Assembly: GCA_963846945.1 (NCBI GenBank)
Contig: CAWJXX010000005.1
Location: 70,838 to 134,837, forward strand
DNA: 64,000 nt
Source: an uncultured Gemmatimonadales bacterium
Lineage (GTDB): Bacteria > Gemmatimonadota > Gemmatimonadetes > Gemmatimonadales > GWC2-71-9
Direction: 5' to 3'
Part shown: piece by piece, positions 1 through 9,800 of the stretch
How the letters are laid out: each line of letters begins with the position of its first letter
How positions within the stretch are numbered: position 1 is the first letter of the stretch
Made by a program: the position numbers and the translations under genes
The notes under the pieces: model-generated
What the model was told of the DNA's origin: nothing
Database searches by the model: none
Seen by the model: the letters and a program-made list of their open reading frames with translations, nothing else

Positions 1-587
1 CAGGCCAGCGCGGGCGTGCCGGCAAGCCGGCGCGCTAGCTCCTTCGCATGCAGCACGTTCATCAGCTTGGTCTGGGCGTACTCGCGAAAACCGGACTGCA
101 CCGGACTCGCTCGCCGCTCGAGCCCATGCCAGTCGATCGCCTTGACCGACATCTGCGCCGTGCTCGCGATGTTCACGATGCGCGGCGCGCCGCGTTCCCG
201 CATCCGCGGCAGCAGCAGGTTCGTGAGCAGGAAGGGGCCGAGGTGATTGGTGGCGAAGGTGATGTCGAAGCCCTGACGGGTGAGCCCGCTGGTGCCGGCC
301 ACCCCGGCGTTGTTGATCAGGACATCGAGTGGCCGGCCGGTCGCGAGGTACTCGCCGGCAGCCCGGCGGACAGAGTCGAAATCGGACATGTCCACCGCCA
401 GGAAACGCACATCGACCGTCGGACTGCGCGCCCGGATTGCCTCCACGACCGGCAAGGTGCGCTCCGCCGAGCGGCCGGCCAGGACGACATCATGGCCCAT
501 CGCGGCGAGGGCCCCAGCCGTCGCACGGCCGATGCCCGAACTGGCACCCGTCACGAGGATCGTCCGGGAAGCGCTGGTGTTGGACAT
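1..587 (-). CDS. Short-chain dehydrogenase/reductase, partial (runs off the window start)
   Basis: Manual minus-strand translation from ATG 587: MSNTSASRTILVTGASSGIG (TGxxxGIG), LINNAG, YAQTK (YxxxK). Absent from the ORF track because it has no stop inside the window. Confidence 0.9.
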   Translation of the reverse strand, partial: MSNTSASRTILVTGASSGIGRATAGALAAMGHDVVLAGRSAERTLPVVEAIRARSPTVDVRFLAVDMSDFDSVRRAAGEYLATGRPLDVLINNAGVAGTSGLTRQGFDITFATNHLGPFLLTNLLLPRMRERGAPRIVNIASTAQMSVKAIDWHGLERRASPVQSGFREYAQTKLMNVLHAKELARRLAGTPALA

Positions 588-646
588 GAGTGAGCAAGTT
601 ACCAGACTGGCCAGCTATTTTCAGTCCACACTTTTTTCCCGGTGCC

Positions 647-1495
647 ATGACGCAATACGAACTGCTGCGGGGCGGCGTGGAGCTCGCGCTCGGCGCGGCA
701 CTCCTCGCCTTCGTCGTGAGCGAGGTGTCGCACAACTACAGCCAGGTCGACCGCCTCTGGAGCATTCTCCCGGGCGTGTTCGCCTGGTATTTCGCGGCCG
801 GCTCGGGTTGGATGCCCCGCCCCGTGCTCATGGCCACGCTGGTGACCCTCTGGGGCGCCCGACTGACCTTCAATTTCTGGCGGCGCGGTGGCTATGGCTG
901 GCCGCCGTGGACCGGAGTCGAGGACTATCGGTGGGCGGTACTTCGCGCGAAGCCGCCACTCGATACGCGCTGGGGCTGGCTCCTCTTCAACCTGTTCTTC
1001 GTGTCCCTGTACCAGGTCGGCCTGCTGCTCCTGATCACGCTGCCCTCCGTTGCAGCCGCGGGAGCGGCGCGCCCGCTGTCGCGCCTGGACCTCATCGCCA
1101 CGCTGATGTTCCTGGGATTCGTGGTCGTGGAAGCGATTGCGGACCAGCAGCAGTACGACTTCCAGACCGAGAAGGCGAAGCAGCGTGCGAGCGGGGAGAA
1201 GCTCACCGGCGACGTGAAGCGGGGATTCCGTACCACCGGCCTCTTTGGGCTGGCCCGGCATCCCAATTTTGCCGCCGAGCAGATGATCTGGGTTGCGTAC
1301 TACCTGTTCAGCGTGGCTGCTACCGGCAGCTGGGTCACCTGGTATGGCGCAGGTGCGGTCCTGCTGGTCCTGCTCTTCCAGGGCAGCACCAGCTTCACCG
1401 AATCGATCTCGATGGGAAAGTATCCGGAGTACGCGGAGTATCGGCGGCAGGTGCCGAGGTTTATTCCGAAGATTCTGGCGGGAGTCAGGCGCTAG
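647..1495 (+). CDS. DUF1295 / steroid 5-alpha-reductase-like membrane protein
   Basis: NYSQVDRLWS, WGARLTFNF, EDYRW, ADQQQ, GLFGLARHPNF motifs; multiple TM segments. Confidence 0.85.
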   Translation: MTQYELLRGGVELALGAALLAFVVSEVSHNYSQVDRLWSILPGVFAWYFAAGSGWMPRPVLMATLVTLWGARLTFNFWRRGGYGWPPWTGVEDYRWAVLRAKPPLDTRWGWLLFNLFFVSLYQVGLLLLITLPSVAAAGAARPLSRLDLIATLMFLGFVVVEAIADQQQYDFQTEKAKQRASGEKLTGDVKRGFRTTGLFGLARHPNFAAEQMIWVAYYLFSVAATGSWVTWYGAGAVLLVLLFQGSTSFTESISMGKYPEYAEYRRQVPRFIPKILAGVRR

Positions 1496-1532
1496 GCAGG
1501 GCGGCAAGGCGGCAAGGCGGCAGGGCGGCAAG
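1495..1532 (+). repeat. Short tandem 8-mer repeat (GGCA[A/G]GGC) x about 4.7
   Basis: GGCAGGGC GGCAAGGC GGCAAGGC GGCAGGGC GGCAAG read directly; related units at about 23871-23886 and, inverted, 52711-52740. Confidence 0.8.
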
Positions 1533-1562
1533 AGGATTTCGCGTCGCGCCCCCGCACAACCC

Positions 1563-1620
1563 TTGACACGCCGGCGAGCCGGATGTATTTAACCTGCAGG
1601 TTACTTAACCGGATGGTTAA
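1563..1620 (+). promoter_or_regulatory. Sigma70-type promoter with two tandem palindromic operators, probably ArsR autoregulation
   Basis: TTGACA 1563-1568, 17 bp, TATTTA 1586-1591. TTAACC-tgca-GGTTAc at 1589-1604 and TTAACC-ggat-GGTTAA at 1605-1620, the second overlapping the ATG. Confidence 0.75.
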
Positions 1621-2023
1621 TTTGCTCGCTGCCCAACGCACCGCCGATCGACTCAGCACCACCTTCGCCGCTCTCGCCGATCCCACGCGGCGAGCGTTGC
1701 TCAAGCGGCTGTCCACGGGCGAGGCCACCGTCACCGAACTGGCGCAGCCGTTCGCCATGAGCCTTCCCGCCGTATCCAAGCACCTGAAAGTGCTGGAAAA
1801 GGCCGGGCTCATCAGCCGGGGCCGGGAGGCGCAGTGGCGGCCCTGCCGGCTGGACGCGAAGCCGCTGCAGGAAGTCTCCACGTGGACCCAGCAGTACCGG
1901 CGCCATTGGGAGGCGCGGCTCGAACGGCTCGATGACTACCTGCAGGAGTACCAGAAGAACCTGCGACAGACCCAGAAGCGCGACAACCAGAAACGGGAGC
2001 AGAGAAATGGTCGAGACAAATAA
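1613..2023 (+). CDS. ArsR/SmtB-family transcriptional regulator
   Basis: FAALADPTRRALL...ELAQPFAMSLPAVSKHLKVLEKAGLI winged HTH. Confidence 0.92.
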   Translation: MVNLLAAQRTADRLSTTFAALADPTRRALLKRLSTGEATVTELAQPFAMSLPAVSKHLKVLEKAGLISRGREAQWRPCRLDAKPLQEVSTWTQQYRRHWEARLERLDDYLQEYQKNLRQTQKRDNQKREQRNGRDK

Positions 2024-3002
2024 GGCCGCTGCGCGGGCGATGCCTGCCGCCGGCGCCACCGCCGAGCGCGAGATCACCGTGACGCGCGTCATCGACGCGC
2101 CACGCGAACTGGTATGGGAGGCGTTCACCCGCCCCGAGCATGTCGTGCACTGGTGGGGTCCGCGCGGATTCTCCAACACGATTCACGAGATGTCGGTGAC
2201 GCCGGGCGGGACCTGGCGATTCATGATGCACGGGCCCGACGGCGTGGACTATCCCAACAAGATCGTCTTTCACGAAGTGACGCGGCCCGAGCGCCTCACC
2301 TACTGGCACGGGGATGACACCCCGGACTCGCCCGCGCACTTCGAGGCCTCGATCGAGCTCACGCCGGAGGGCCGCAAGACGCGCGTGACCCTGACCCTGC
2401 TCTTCGAGACGAAGGCGCATCGCGACATGACGGCCGACAAGTACGGCGCCATCGACGGCGGAAAGCAGACGCTGGCGCGGCTCGAGGAATACGTGGCGAT
2501 GCAGCCGCCGGCCGACGTGTTCGTCATCTCACGCACGTTCGATGCGCCTCGCGACCTGGTCTTCAAGGCGTGGACCGAAGCCGAGCGGCTCTCCCAGTGG
2601 TGGGGGCCCACGGGTTTCACGGTGGAGGTGGCCACGATGGACCTGCGCCCGGGCGGCGCATTCCACTACGGACTCAAGTCTCCCACGGGCCAGATGATGT
2701 GGGGCAAGTGGCTGTTTCGCGACATCGTGGCGCCCGGCCGCCTGGTCTGGATCACGACCTTCTCCGACGCGGAGGGCGGCGTGACCCGCCATCCCGGCAG
2801 CGACACGTGGCCGCTGGAAATGCTCGGTGCCATGACGCTCACGGAGAAGAACAACAAGACCACGCTGACCGTCCGCACGGTCGCGCACGCGGCGACCCCG
2901 GAGGAGCGCGCCACGTTTGCCGGCAGTTTCGCATCGATGGAAGGTGGATTTGGCGGCACGTTCGACCAGCTGGCCGCCTACCTCAGGACCGCGAGGCCCT
3001 AG
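2007..3002 (+). CDS. Tandem SRPBCC (AHSA1/CalC-like) domain protein
   Basis: Two domains, each with (I/F)DAPR.LV..A(F/W)T....WWGP.GF; classic ArsR-SRPBCC pairing. Confidence 0.9.
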   Translation: MVETNKAAARAMPAAGATAEREITVTRVIDAPRELVWEAFTRPEHVVHWWGPRGFSNTIHEMSVTPGGTWRFMMHGPDGVDYPNKIVFHEVTRPERLTYWHGDDTPDSPAHFEASIELTPEGRKTRVTLTLLFETKAHRDMTADKYGAIDGGKQTLARLEEYVAMQPPADVFVISRTFDAPRDLVFKAWTEAERLSQWWGPTGFTVEVATMDLRPGGAFHYGLKSPTGQMMWGKWLFRDIVAPGRLVWITTFSDAEGGVTRHPGSDTWPLEMLGAMTLTEKNNKTTLTVRTVAHAATPEERATFAGSFASMEGGFGGTFDQLAAYLRTARP

Positions 3003-3016
3003 GACGACTGCGGGAG

Positions 3017-3505
3017 TCAACGCTGCAGCGTGCGGAACGCCTCCGCGCGTCCCCGGGCCAAAACGGCCTTGGGTATTGTGATCAGCGAGGCGCTCCGTGC
3101 CCCCGCGGTGTCCCAGTAGTCGACGAACTCGACGCCCACCCGGATGAGACGGATGCCGGGATCCTCCGGGCCATCGAACCAGGTGCGCAACGCGGCGGTC
3201 CACACCGCCCTGATGCGCGGACGGTCATTCAGGATTTCCGCACGACCGGTGAGCGAGACGTAGGTGCTGCGCCCCTCCGCGGCATAGCCGAGATTCACCA
3301 CGGGATTGGCCCGGATATCACGGACCTTCGTCGACTCCTCGCGCGTCAGGAACCAGACGTGCCCATCGAATTCTGCCTCCTGGGTCAACATCGGGCGGCT
3401 TCGGGGTGCGCCCTCGGGCGTCCGCGTCACGAACATGGCCACGCGGACATCACGGATGAGGTCCGCGACTTTCCGGAGATCTTCCATCGTCTGCATATCG
3501 ACCAT
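3017..3505 (-). CDS. General stress protein 26-like FMN-binding split barrel (pyridoxamine 5'-phosphate oxidase family), paralog 1
   Basis: RSRPM...FDGHVWFLT...ANPVVNLGY...YVSLTGRA...WFDGPEDP...YWD. Start may be 3511. Confidence 0.88.
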   Translation of the reverse strand: MVDMQTMEDLRKVADLIRDVRVAMFVTRTPEGAPRSRPMLTQEAEFDGHVWFLTREESTKVRDIRANPVVNLGYAAEGRSTYVSLTGRAEILNDRPRIRAVWTAALRTWFDGPEDPGIRLIRVGVEFVDYWDTAGARSASLITIPKAVLARGRAEAFRTLQR

Positions 3506-3552
3506 GCGCATGCCCCCAGCGGCGGAGCCTCACCGGCCTGCAAGACCCCGCG

Positions 3553-3650
3553 AAAGAAAAAAGGGCGCGAGGGGCATTCGGTCGCCCGCGCTCGCGCCCG
3601 CATTGACGGCTCCCGAACAGCCGTCCATAAGGCCAGGTTCAATTTTCCTG
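3553..3650 (-). ncRNA. Candidate attenuator leader RNA, copy 1 (upstream of split-barrel paralog 1)
   Basis: Minus strand: CAGG..CCTG, then GCCTTAT g GACGGCT-loop-AGCCGTC a ATG c GGGC, overlapping terminator GGGCGCGAG...CTCGCGCCC TTTTTTCTTT. Confidence 0.6.
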
Positions 3651-3675
3651 CACCTGCACGTCGTCGCTCACTTGC

Positions 3676-3787
3676 AGTATGACGAGCCCTGTCGGAGGCG
3701 GCAAGCCGTGATGTGACGCCTGTCACGCACTTCATGATCGACGCCAGGATCGCGAATCTTGCGCGCATTCCTGGTTCGCACTAACGT
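3676..3787. promoter_or_regulatory. Divergent promoters with a central CRP/FNR-like box
   Basis: Minus: TTGCCG (3704-3699)-17-CATACT (3681-3676). Box TGTGA-cgcctg-TCACG at 3712-3727. Plus: TTGCGC (3759-3764)-17-TAACGT (3782-3787). Confidence 0.6.
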
Positions 3788-3794
3788 GGACGCA

Positions 3795-3894
3795 CGTCGC
3801 GACGACTGGCGTCGCGACGGTCCGATCGGCGAGAACCTGATCTCGCAGTTGCGGGCGCACCGGGGGAAAGTCCCTCGCGAGCGCCCGCTTTTTT
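3795..3894 (+). ncRNA. Candidate attenuator leader RNA, copy 2
   Basis: CGTCGCGACG-actgg-CGTCGCGACG, then GTCCGAT cg GCGAGA-acctga-TCTCGC a GTT g CGGGC, overlapping terminator GCGGGCGC...GCGCCCGC TTTTTT. Confidence 0.62.
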
Positions 3895-3908
3895 CATTGG
3901 AGGGAGTC

Positions 3909-4103
3909 ATGCCACGCGGTGACAAGAGCGCCTACACCAGCAAGCAGCGTCGCAAGGCGCAGCACATCGAAGAGGGTTACGAAGATCGCGGCGTGTCCAG
4001 CAAGGAGGCGGAGCGGCGGGCCTGGGCGACCGTGAACTCCGAGGACGGCGGCGGCAAGAAGCACGGCAGCGGCCGCAAGCATTCGCGGAAGCGCTCGACC
4101 TGA
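3909..4103 (+). CDS. Small basic conserved protein (MPRGDK...KQRRKA.HIEEGYE..G...EAERRAWATVN family)
   Basis: Recognisable conserved small-protein motif; RBS GGAGGGAG upstream. Confidence 0.8.
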   Translation: MPRGDKSAYTSKQRRKAQHIEEGYEDRGVSSKEAERRAWATVNSEDGGGKKHGSGRKHSRKRST

Positions 4104-4174
4104 CGCGCGCCGGGCATCGTCCCAGTCGGCAGGAGACGGCGCGGCGTGCATCGCTGCGCCCTCTCACCGACGAC

Positions 4175-5200
4175 GTGCCCGGCATTTCGCGCAAGCGCCG
4201 GGGCAGCACCTTCCACTACTTCCACCCGTCAGGCCGTCGCGTGCGCGACCAGCCCACGCTCGATCGCATCCGACATCTGGCCATACCGCCCGCATGGATC
4301 GAGGTCTGGATCGCGCCGGATGCCCGCGCCCACATCCAGGCGACGGGCCGCGACGCCCGGCGGCGAAAGCAGTATCGATATCACGCCGAATGGCAGGTCG
4401 CGCGACACCACGCCAAGTATCACCGACTGGGCGATTTCGGGGAGCAGCTGCCCCTGGTGCGGCGGCGCCTCAGGAAGGACCTCCGGGGCAGCCGCACCTC
4501 GCGACCGCAGGTCCTGGCGCTGGCGGTCAGCATCCTGGAGCAAACCTTCATTCGTGTCGGCAATCGCGAGTATGCGAGGACCAATGGCTCCTACGGCCTC
4601 ACGACGCTGCTCGACCGGCACGTGTCGATCGGCAAGCGCACCGCACACCTCTCCTACCGCGGCAAGGGCGGCCTCCATCGTGACGTGACAGTAGAGGGCG
4701 CCGAGCTGGCACGGCTTCTCGCCGCATGCCGGCGCATTCCTGGATCGCAGCTGCTGCAGTATGTGGACGATGCCGGGCGGAGGCATCAGCTCACGTCGTC
4801 GGAAGTGAACCGCTACATCGCCGAGATTGCGGGGAGGGATTTCACCGCCAAGGATTTCAGGACCTGGGGTGCCACACTCACGGCGGCGGCGTGCCTCGAG
4901 CAGCACCGTGCCATTGGCATCGGCGTGCCCGGCAAGGTGGCCATGCGCGCCGACATCGCGACGGTCGCGGAACGGCTGGGCAACACGCCCGCCATCTGCC
5001 GCAAGAGCTACATCCACCCTTCCGTCCTCGAGGCCTATCAGGACGAGACCCTCTGGCGCGCCTGGATGCGCACCGGCGTGAAGACGAGCATCACGCCGCG
5101 CGGACTGTCATCGCGCGAGCGCCGACTCCTGCAGTTCCTCCGCCGTGCAGCCGCAGCGGCCCCGGTGCGACGCCCGGTCGCCGGACGCTCGCGCGGCTAG
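4175..5200 (+). CDS. Bacterial DNA topoisomerase IB
   Basis: IPPAW..VWI, HIQATGRDARRRKQYRYH, IRVGN..Y, GKGG, TAKDFRTW, LGNTPAICRKSYIHP (catalytic Tyr). The frame is open upstream to a CTG at 4100, so the true start may be earlier. Confidence 0.93.
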   Translation: MPGISRKRRGSTFHYFHPSGRRVRDQPTLDRIRHLAIPPAWIEVWIAPDARAHIQATGRDARRRKQYRYHAEWQVARHHAKYHRLGDFGEQLPLVRRRLRKDLRGSRTSRPQVLALAVSILEQTFIRVGNREYARTNGSYGLTTLLDRHVSIGKRTAHLSYRGKGGLHRDVTVEGAELARLLAACRRIPGSQLLQYVDDAGRRHQLTSSEVNRYIAEIAGRDFTAKDFRTWGATLTAAACLEQHRAIGIGVPGKVAMRADIATVAERLGNTPAICRKSYIHPSVLEAYQDETLWRAWMRTGVKTSITPRGLSSRERRLLQFLRRAAAAAPVRRPVAGRSRG

Positions 5201-5697
5201 GCGATCTCCACCGTATCGTGCTCGGACCGGCTGCTGGCGCGATTGCCCGTGAGGGCCGCTTTCGCGATCGCCAGCATGGATGCCACCTTCCCCCCGCGCG
5301 TGTCCCAGTACTCGGCCGTCTCCACGTCCACCCGGATAACGCAGATGTTCGGGTCGTCGGGGCCGTCGAACCATGCGTTGTACAACGGGTGCCAGAAGTC
5401 GTGCACCAGGACGCGGTCATCCAGCACCTCAGCGCGACCGGTGAGCGAGACGAATGTCTCCCTGGCAAGCGATGCGTAGCCCAGGTTCACCACCGGGTTC
5501 GCGATGATCTCGCGAACCATGGCGGATTCCTGGTTGGTCAGGAACCAGACGTGGCCGTCGAAGGGCACGTCCTGCATCGACATCGGCCGGCTCCGGGGCC
5601 GGCCGTCCGCATCCAGCGTGACGAGCATGGTGATCCTGATCTCCTTGATCAGGTCCCCGACCTTGCGCGTACCATCATCACCTTCAGTGGGCAGCAT
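5197..5697 (-). CDS. General stress protein 26-like split barrel, paralog 2
   Basis: RSRPM...FDGHVWFLT...ANPVVNLGY...FVSLTGRA...WFDGPDDP...EYWD; clearly similar to 3017-3505. Confidence 0.88.
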   Translation of the reverse strand: MLPTEGDDGTRKVGDLIKEIRITMLVTLDADGRPRSRPMSMQDVPFDGHVWFLTNQESAMVREIIANPVVNLGYASLARETFVSLTGRAEVLDDRVLVHDFWHPLYNAWFDGPDDPNICVIRVDVETAEYWDTRGGKVASMLAIAKAALTGNRASSRSEHDTVEIA

Positions 5698-5911
5698 GAA
5701 TGGGTCCTCCGTGGCGCAGACAATGGTCGCAGCAGAACATGGCGTCGTCCTTTTCCACGCCGTGCCCGATGATGTGGCATCCACAGTGCTCGCACCGGGG
5801 CGCCAGCACCTGGATGGCGCACTCGAAGCTGTCGAACACATGCTCCTCGCCATCCATGGTCACGGCAAAGGACCTGGCGTAGTCGTTGCCGCAGAGTTCG
5901 CAGACGGCCAT
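5684..5911 (-). CDS. Small Cys/His-rich metal-binding protein (prokaryotic metallothionein-like)
   Basis: CELCGNDY...FDSFECAI..LAPRCEHCGCHIIGHGVE....FCCDHC; RBS GGAGG. Confidence 0.8.
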   Translation of the reverse strand: MAVCELCGNDYARSFAVTMDGEEHVFDSFECAIQVLAPRCEHCGCHIIGHGVEKDDAMFCCDHCLRHGGPIHAAH

Positions 5912-5955
5912 TGGAACCTCCACATGGAGATGAGCGCCCGGGGCTGACGAACAGC

Positions 5956-6055
5956 AAAAAGGCGCACCGGCCCAGGGGGGCACTGATGCGCCTTCGAATC
6001 CGAGGAGCCAGAGTCACTCCCCCATCAAGGCGGACATGGAGCTTTCCCTGCTCCA
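5956..6055 (-). ncRNA. Candidate attenuator leader RNA, copy 3
   Basis: Minus: TGGAGC..GCTCCA, then GCCTTGAT g GGGGAGT-loop-GCTCCTC gg ATT cg AAGGC, overlapping terminator AAGGCGCATC...GGTGCGCCTT TTT. Confidence 0.58.
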
Positions 6056-6066
6056 GTCTCCAACTC

Positions 6067-6186
6067 ACAATAGGGTTCGCCGTGCGGCTGCGCAAGACCG
6101 CAATTGCGCCCAAAAAGAAGTGTGTGACGGGCCGCACCAAAGGACCGAGCAAACACTTGCGCGAATCTCCGGCCCACCCGTAATTG
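6067..6186. promoter_or_regulatory. Divergent promoters with a CRP/FNR-like half-match
   Basis: Minus: TTGCGC (6095-6090)-17-TATTGT (6072-6067). TGTGA-cgggcc-GCACC at 6123-6138. Plus: TTGCGC at 6157-6162 with a weak -10 near 6180-6186. Confidence 0.5.
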
Positions 6187-6203
6187 AAGCAGCGAGAATA
6201 CCG

Positions 6204-6305
6204 GGCTCCATCGAAACACGGATGGAGCCGCCTACGGTCGGGGCGACAGGGCTCCGAGCGGGTGGGCGCAAACGGCACGGGTGCCGGGTGCGCCCTTCTT
6301 TTTTT
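6204..6305 (+). ncRNA. Candidate attenuator leader RNA, copy 4
   Basis: GGCTCCATC..GATGGAGCC, then GCCTAC gg TCGGGGC-gacagg-GCTCCGA gcgg GTGGGC, overlapping terminator GGGCGCA...TGCGCCC TTCTTTTTTT. Confidence 0.6.
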
Positions 6306-6342
6306 ACTGTGATCGCGATCACTCAATGAGGGGATAGCAACA

Positions 6343-6711
6343 ATGATGAACCGAATCCTGAAGTCCGTCGGCCTTTCCGTCGGCGCCTTGATCCTCGTCG
6401 CCGGCGTTGCCTCGGCCCAGGACTCCACGTCGGGCTACAAGAAGCCAGCGGACAGCGCAGCCGCGAAGTCACCGGCGCAGAAGGACGCTGCCGCGCCGAC
6501 GATGGGTGCGATGAATACCGTGGACGTGAACACGGCCACGAAGGAGCAACTGGCGGCCGCGGGCTGGGGCCCGTATGCTGACAAGATCATCGCAGGCCGG
6601 CCGTACAAGAGCATGGATGAGCTGTACCAGAAGCAGATCGTGCCGAAGGACGTGTACGACAAGGGCGCCAACCAGTTTGGCGTGGTCTCCAGCACCAGCA
6701 GCACCAAGTAG
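6343..6711 (+). CDS. Secreted protein with a ComEA-like helix-hairpin-helix domain
   Basis: Signal peptide ending ASA-Q; VDVNTATKEQL...G.GPYADKIIAGRPYKSMDEL. Confidence 0.8.
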   Translation: MMNRILKSVGLSVGALILVAGVASAQDSTSGYKKPADSAAAKSPAQKDAAAPTMGAMNTVDVNTATKEQLAAAGWGPYADKIIAGRPYKSMDELYQKQIVPKDVYDKGANQFGVVSSTSSTK

Positions 6712-6818
6712 CCGTAGGATCAAAGACCGCGGCGGGCCGGGTCATCCGAACAGGGTGGCCCGCGCCGGCCCGGTGTAAGTTCAGCTGAGCAGGGCCCGCT
6801 TCACGAGAGGATCCCGCC

Positions 6819-9800
6819 ATCCCCATTTCGCTGCTCAGTCGTCGGTCCGCCCGTCGCGCCCGTGCGATCGATCCCCCGCTCCGCGCCGAGTTGCTCAGTG
6901 TCGAGCGCCTGGAAGAACAGGCGAAGCTGCTGGCGGCAACCACCACGGTCTCGCGCGAGGCGGAAAGCGACGGTCGCGCCTTTTTCCAGCGGCTCGACGA
7001 CAACGCGACGGTCCTGCGCGAGGCCTATCGGCTGCTGGCGGATGACGTGCATGGCGGGGACTTCGTGCCGCCCGCCGCCGAATGGTTGCTCGACAACTTC
7101 CATCTCATCGAGTTCGAGATTCGCGCCGTGCAGCACGACCTGCCGCCCGCGTATCAGCGGCAGTTGCCGGTGCTGGACGGGCGCCAGCACGGGGGCGCGA
7201 CGCGCGCCTATGCGCTGGCGGTCGAGCTGGTGCGACACACGGATGGACGACTCGACCGGAACCTGCTGCACCGGTTCATGGCGGCCTACCAGACCGTGGC
7301 CCCTCTGACGATCGGCGAGTTGTGGGCGTGGCCGCTGATGCTCAAGGTGGCGCTGCTGGAGAACCTCCGCCGGCTCGCCGAGGAGACGCTGCAGGGTCGC
7401 CGGGCCCGGCACGAGGCAAACGCACTGCTCGACCGGCTGGAGGCCGGCACCGAGGTCCAGTCGCAGCCGCTGCCCGAGACGATGAACACGGCATGGGTGG
7501 TCCAGGTGCTGCAGCGGCTGCGCGAATTCGGGCCATCCGCCGCGCCGCTGCGCGCAAGCATCGAGGGGCGCCTCGCGGCACAGGCACAGACCGTCGAGGA
7601 CGTCATCCGCGCGGAACACCAGGCGCTCGCCATGGGCCAGGTCTCGGTCGCCAACTCGATCACCAGCCTCCGCTTCTGCGGCACACTCGACTGGTCGGAA
7701 TACTTCGAGAGCGTGAGCCTGGTCGAGCAGGCGCTGCGGCGTGACCCCGCGGCCGTCTACGGCCGGATGGACTTCCTCAGCCGGGACCGCTACCGCCAGG
7801 CGGTGGAGCAGCTGGCGCAACCGACCGGCGAGGCCCAGGTGGGCGTTGCCCTGCGATGTGTCGAGAGCGCACGCGAGGCGGCCGAGCGCACGTCGAGCCA
7901 GGATCGCATCGCACACATCGGCTACCACTTGATCGGACAGGGTCGGGCCCGCTTCGAGTCGGAGGTGTCCTACCGGCCGTATTTCATGGCCCGGCTGCGG
8001 CGCTTCCTCACGGCGCGCGCGACGGTCGCCTACCTCGGAGCCATTGGCGCCGTCACGGCACTCCTCGTTGCCGGGGCATTGCGCTACGCAGTGGAGCATG
8101 AGGCGGGGCCGCTCGGCCTGGTATCCATGGCCCTCTTGCTGCTGCTTCCGGCCAGCGAGCTCGCCATTGCGCTGGTGCAGCGGCTGGTCGCGCTCATCAT
8201 GCCGCCGCAGCGCCTGCCGCGCCTCGAACTCGCCGACGGGGTCCCGCCGGAGTCACGAACATTCGTCGTCATCCCGGCCCTGGTCGCCAGCGTCGCCGCC
8301 GCCCAGGAATTGCTGGCGCACCTGCAGGTGCTGGCCCTCGGCAACGCGGACCGCAACGTGCATTTCAGCATCCTGAGCGACTTTGTCGACGCCCCGCGAC
8401 AGGTAATGCCCGAGGACCAGGCGATTCTCGCGAGCCTGCAGGAGGGCATCGATGCACTGAACGCGACGAGCGACCCCGAGCGCGGTGACATTTTCCACCT
8501 GTTCCATCGCGTACGGCAGTGGAACGCCAACGAAGGTTGCTGGATGGGATGGGAGCGCAAGCGCGGAAAGCTGGAGGAGTTCAACCGGCTGCTGCGCGGC
8601 GCCACCGACACCAGCTTTGCGGTGCACGTGGGCGATGCAGCGCTGCTCGACGGGCGGGTGGCCTATTGCATCACCCTCGACAGCGACACGCGGCTTCCGC
8701 GCGACGCGGCGCGTGAACTGATCGGCATTGCATCCCATCCACTCAATCGCGCCGTCTTCGATCCAGCCGTCGGGCGCGTCACCGATGGCTACGGCATTCT
8801 CCAGCCCCGGGTCAGCGTCACCATGGCGAGCGCGGCCGGGTCGCTGTTCGCGCGCGTCTACGCCGGGCATACCGGCGTTGACCCGTATACCACCGCCGTG
8901 TCGGATACCTACCAGGACCTTTTCGGCGAGGGGCTGTTCACCGGCAAGGGCCTGTACGATGTCGACGCGTTCGCCGCGGCGCTCGCGGGGCGCGTGCCGG
9001 ACAACGCCCTGCTCTCGCACGACCTGTTCGAGGGCCTGCACGCACGTCCCGCCCTCGTCACCGACGTGGAGGTCGTCGACGACTACCCGGCGAGCGTCCT
9101 CACCCATGCACGGCGGCAGCACCGCTGGGCCCGGGGCGACTGGCAGATTCTCTTCTGGCTGTTTCCGCTGGTCCCCACCCGCCAGGGACTCGCCCGCAAC
9201 CGCCTGCCGATCATCGGTCGCTGGAAGATCCTGGACAACCTGCGGCGCACCCTGGTCGCGCCCGCCACCGTGCTCGCGTTTGCGGCGGGATGGCTCGTCC
9301 TTCCCGGCAGCCCGCTGGCGTGGACGCTCTTCGTCCTCGCGACCCTGGCCTTCCCCATCTATCCGATCCTCGGCCGACTGTTCGCGGGTCCTGAGCCGAA
9401 GCAGCCGGCACGCGTCTTCTTCCGCCTCATTGGCGAGGACCTTGCCGCCGCGGCCGCGCAGGTCATCCTGCAGGTGACGTTCCTCGCGTACCACGCGTAC
9501 GAGATGGCCCATGCCATCGTGCTGACGCTGGTGCGGCTGATCGTGACGCAGCGCCGCCTCCTCGAGTGGGAAACGGCAGCCGCAGCGGCCGCGCGCGCCA
9601 CCGGACTCACCGGCCGCGGGACCGCACTGCTCTTTTTCGGCGCCATGTCTGCCAGTCCGGCGATTGCCGGCGTGATGGCCATCCTGATCCTCGCGGGACG
9701 ACCTGCGGCGTTCGCGGTAGCGGCCCCGGTCCTGACCCTCTGGGTCATCGCACCGGTCGTTGCCTGGTGGCTGAGCCGGCCGGTCGCAGCGCGGCCCCGC

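Noticed and set aside
4175..5200. Topoisomerase IB as an integrase marking a mobile element
   Set aside because: Motifs match bacterial TopIB rather than a tyrosine integrase; no att sites, tRNA or direct repeats were seen.
6140..6203. Resemblance to a c-di-GMP-I (GEMM) or c-di-AMP riboswitch (GCAAAC...TCTCCGGCC...GCAGCG...TACCG)
   Set aside because: No GNRA-capped P2 or correctly ordered core motifs; the segment is better explained as the promoter (TTGCGC at 6157) of attenuator copy 4.
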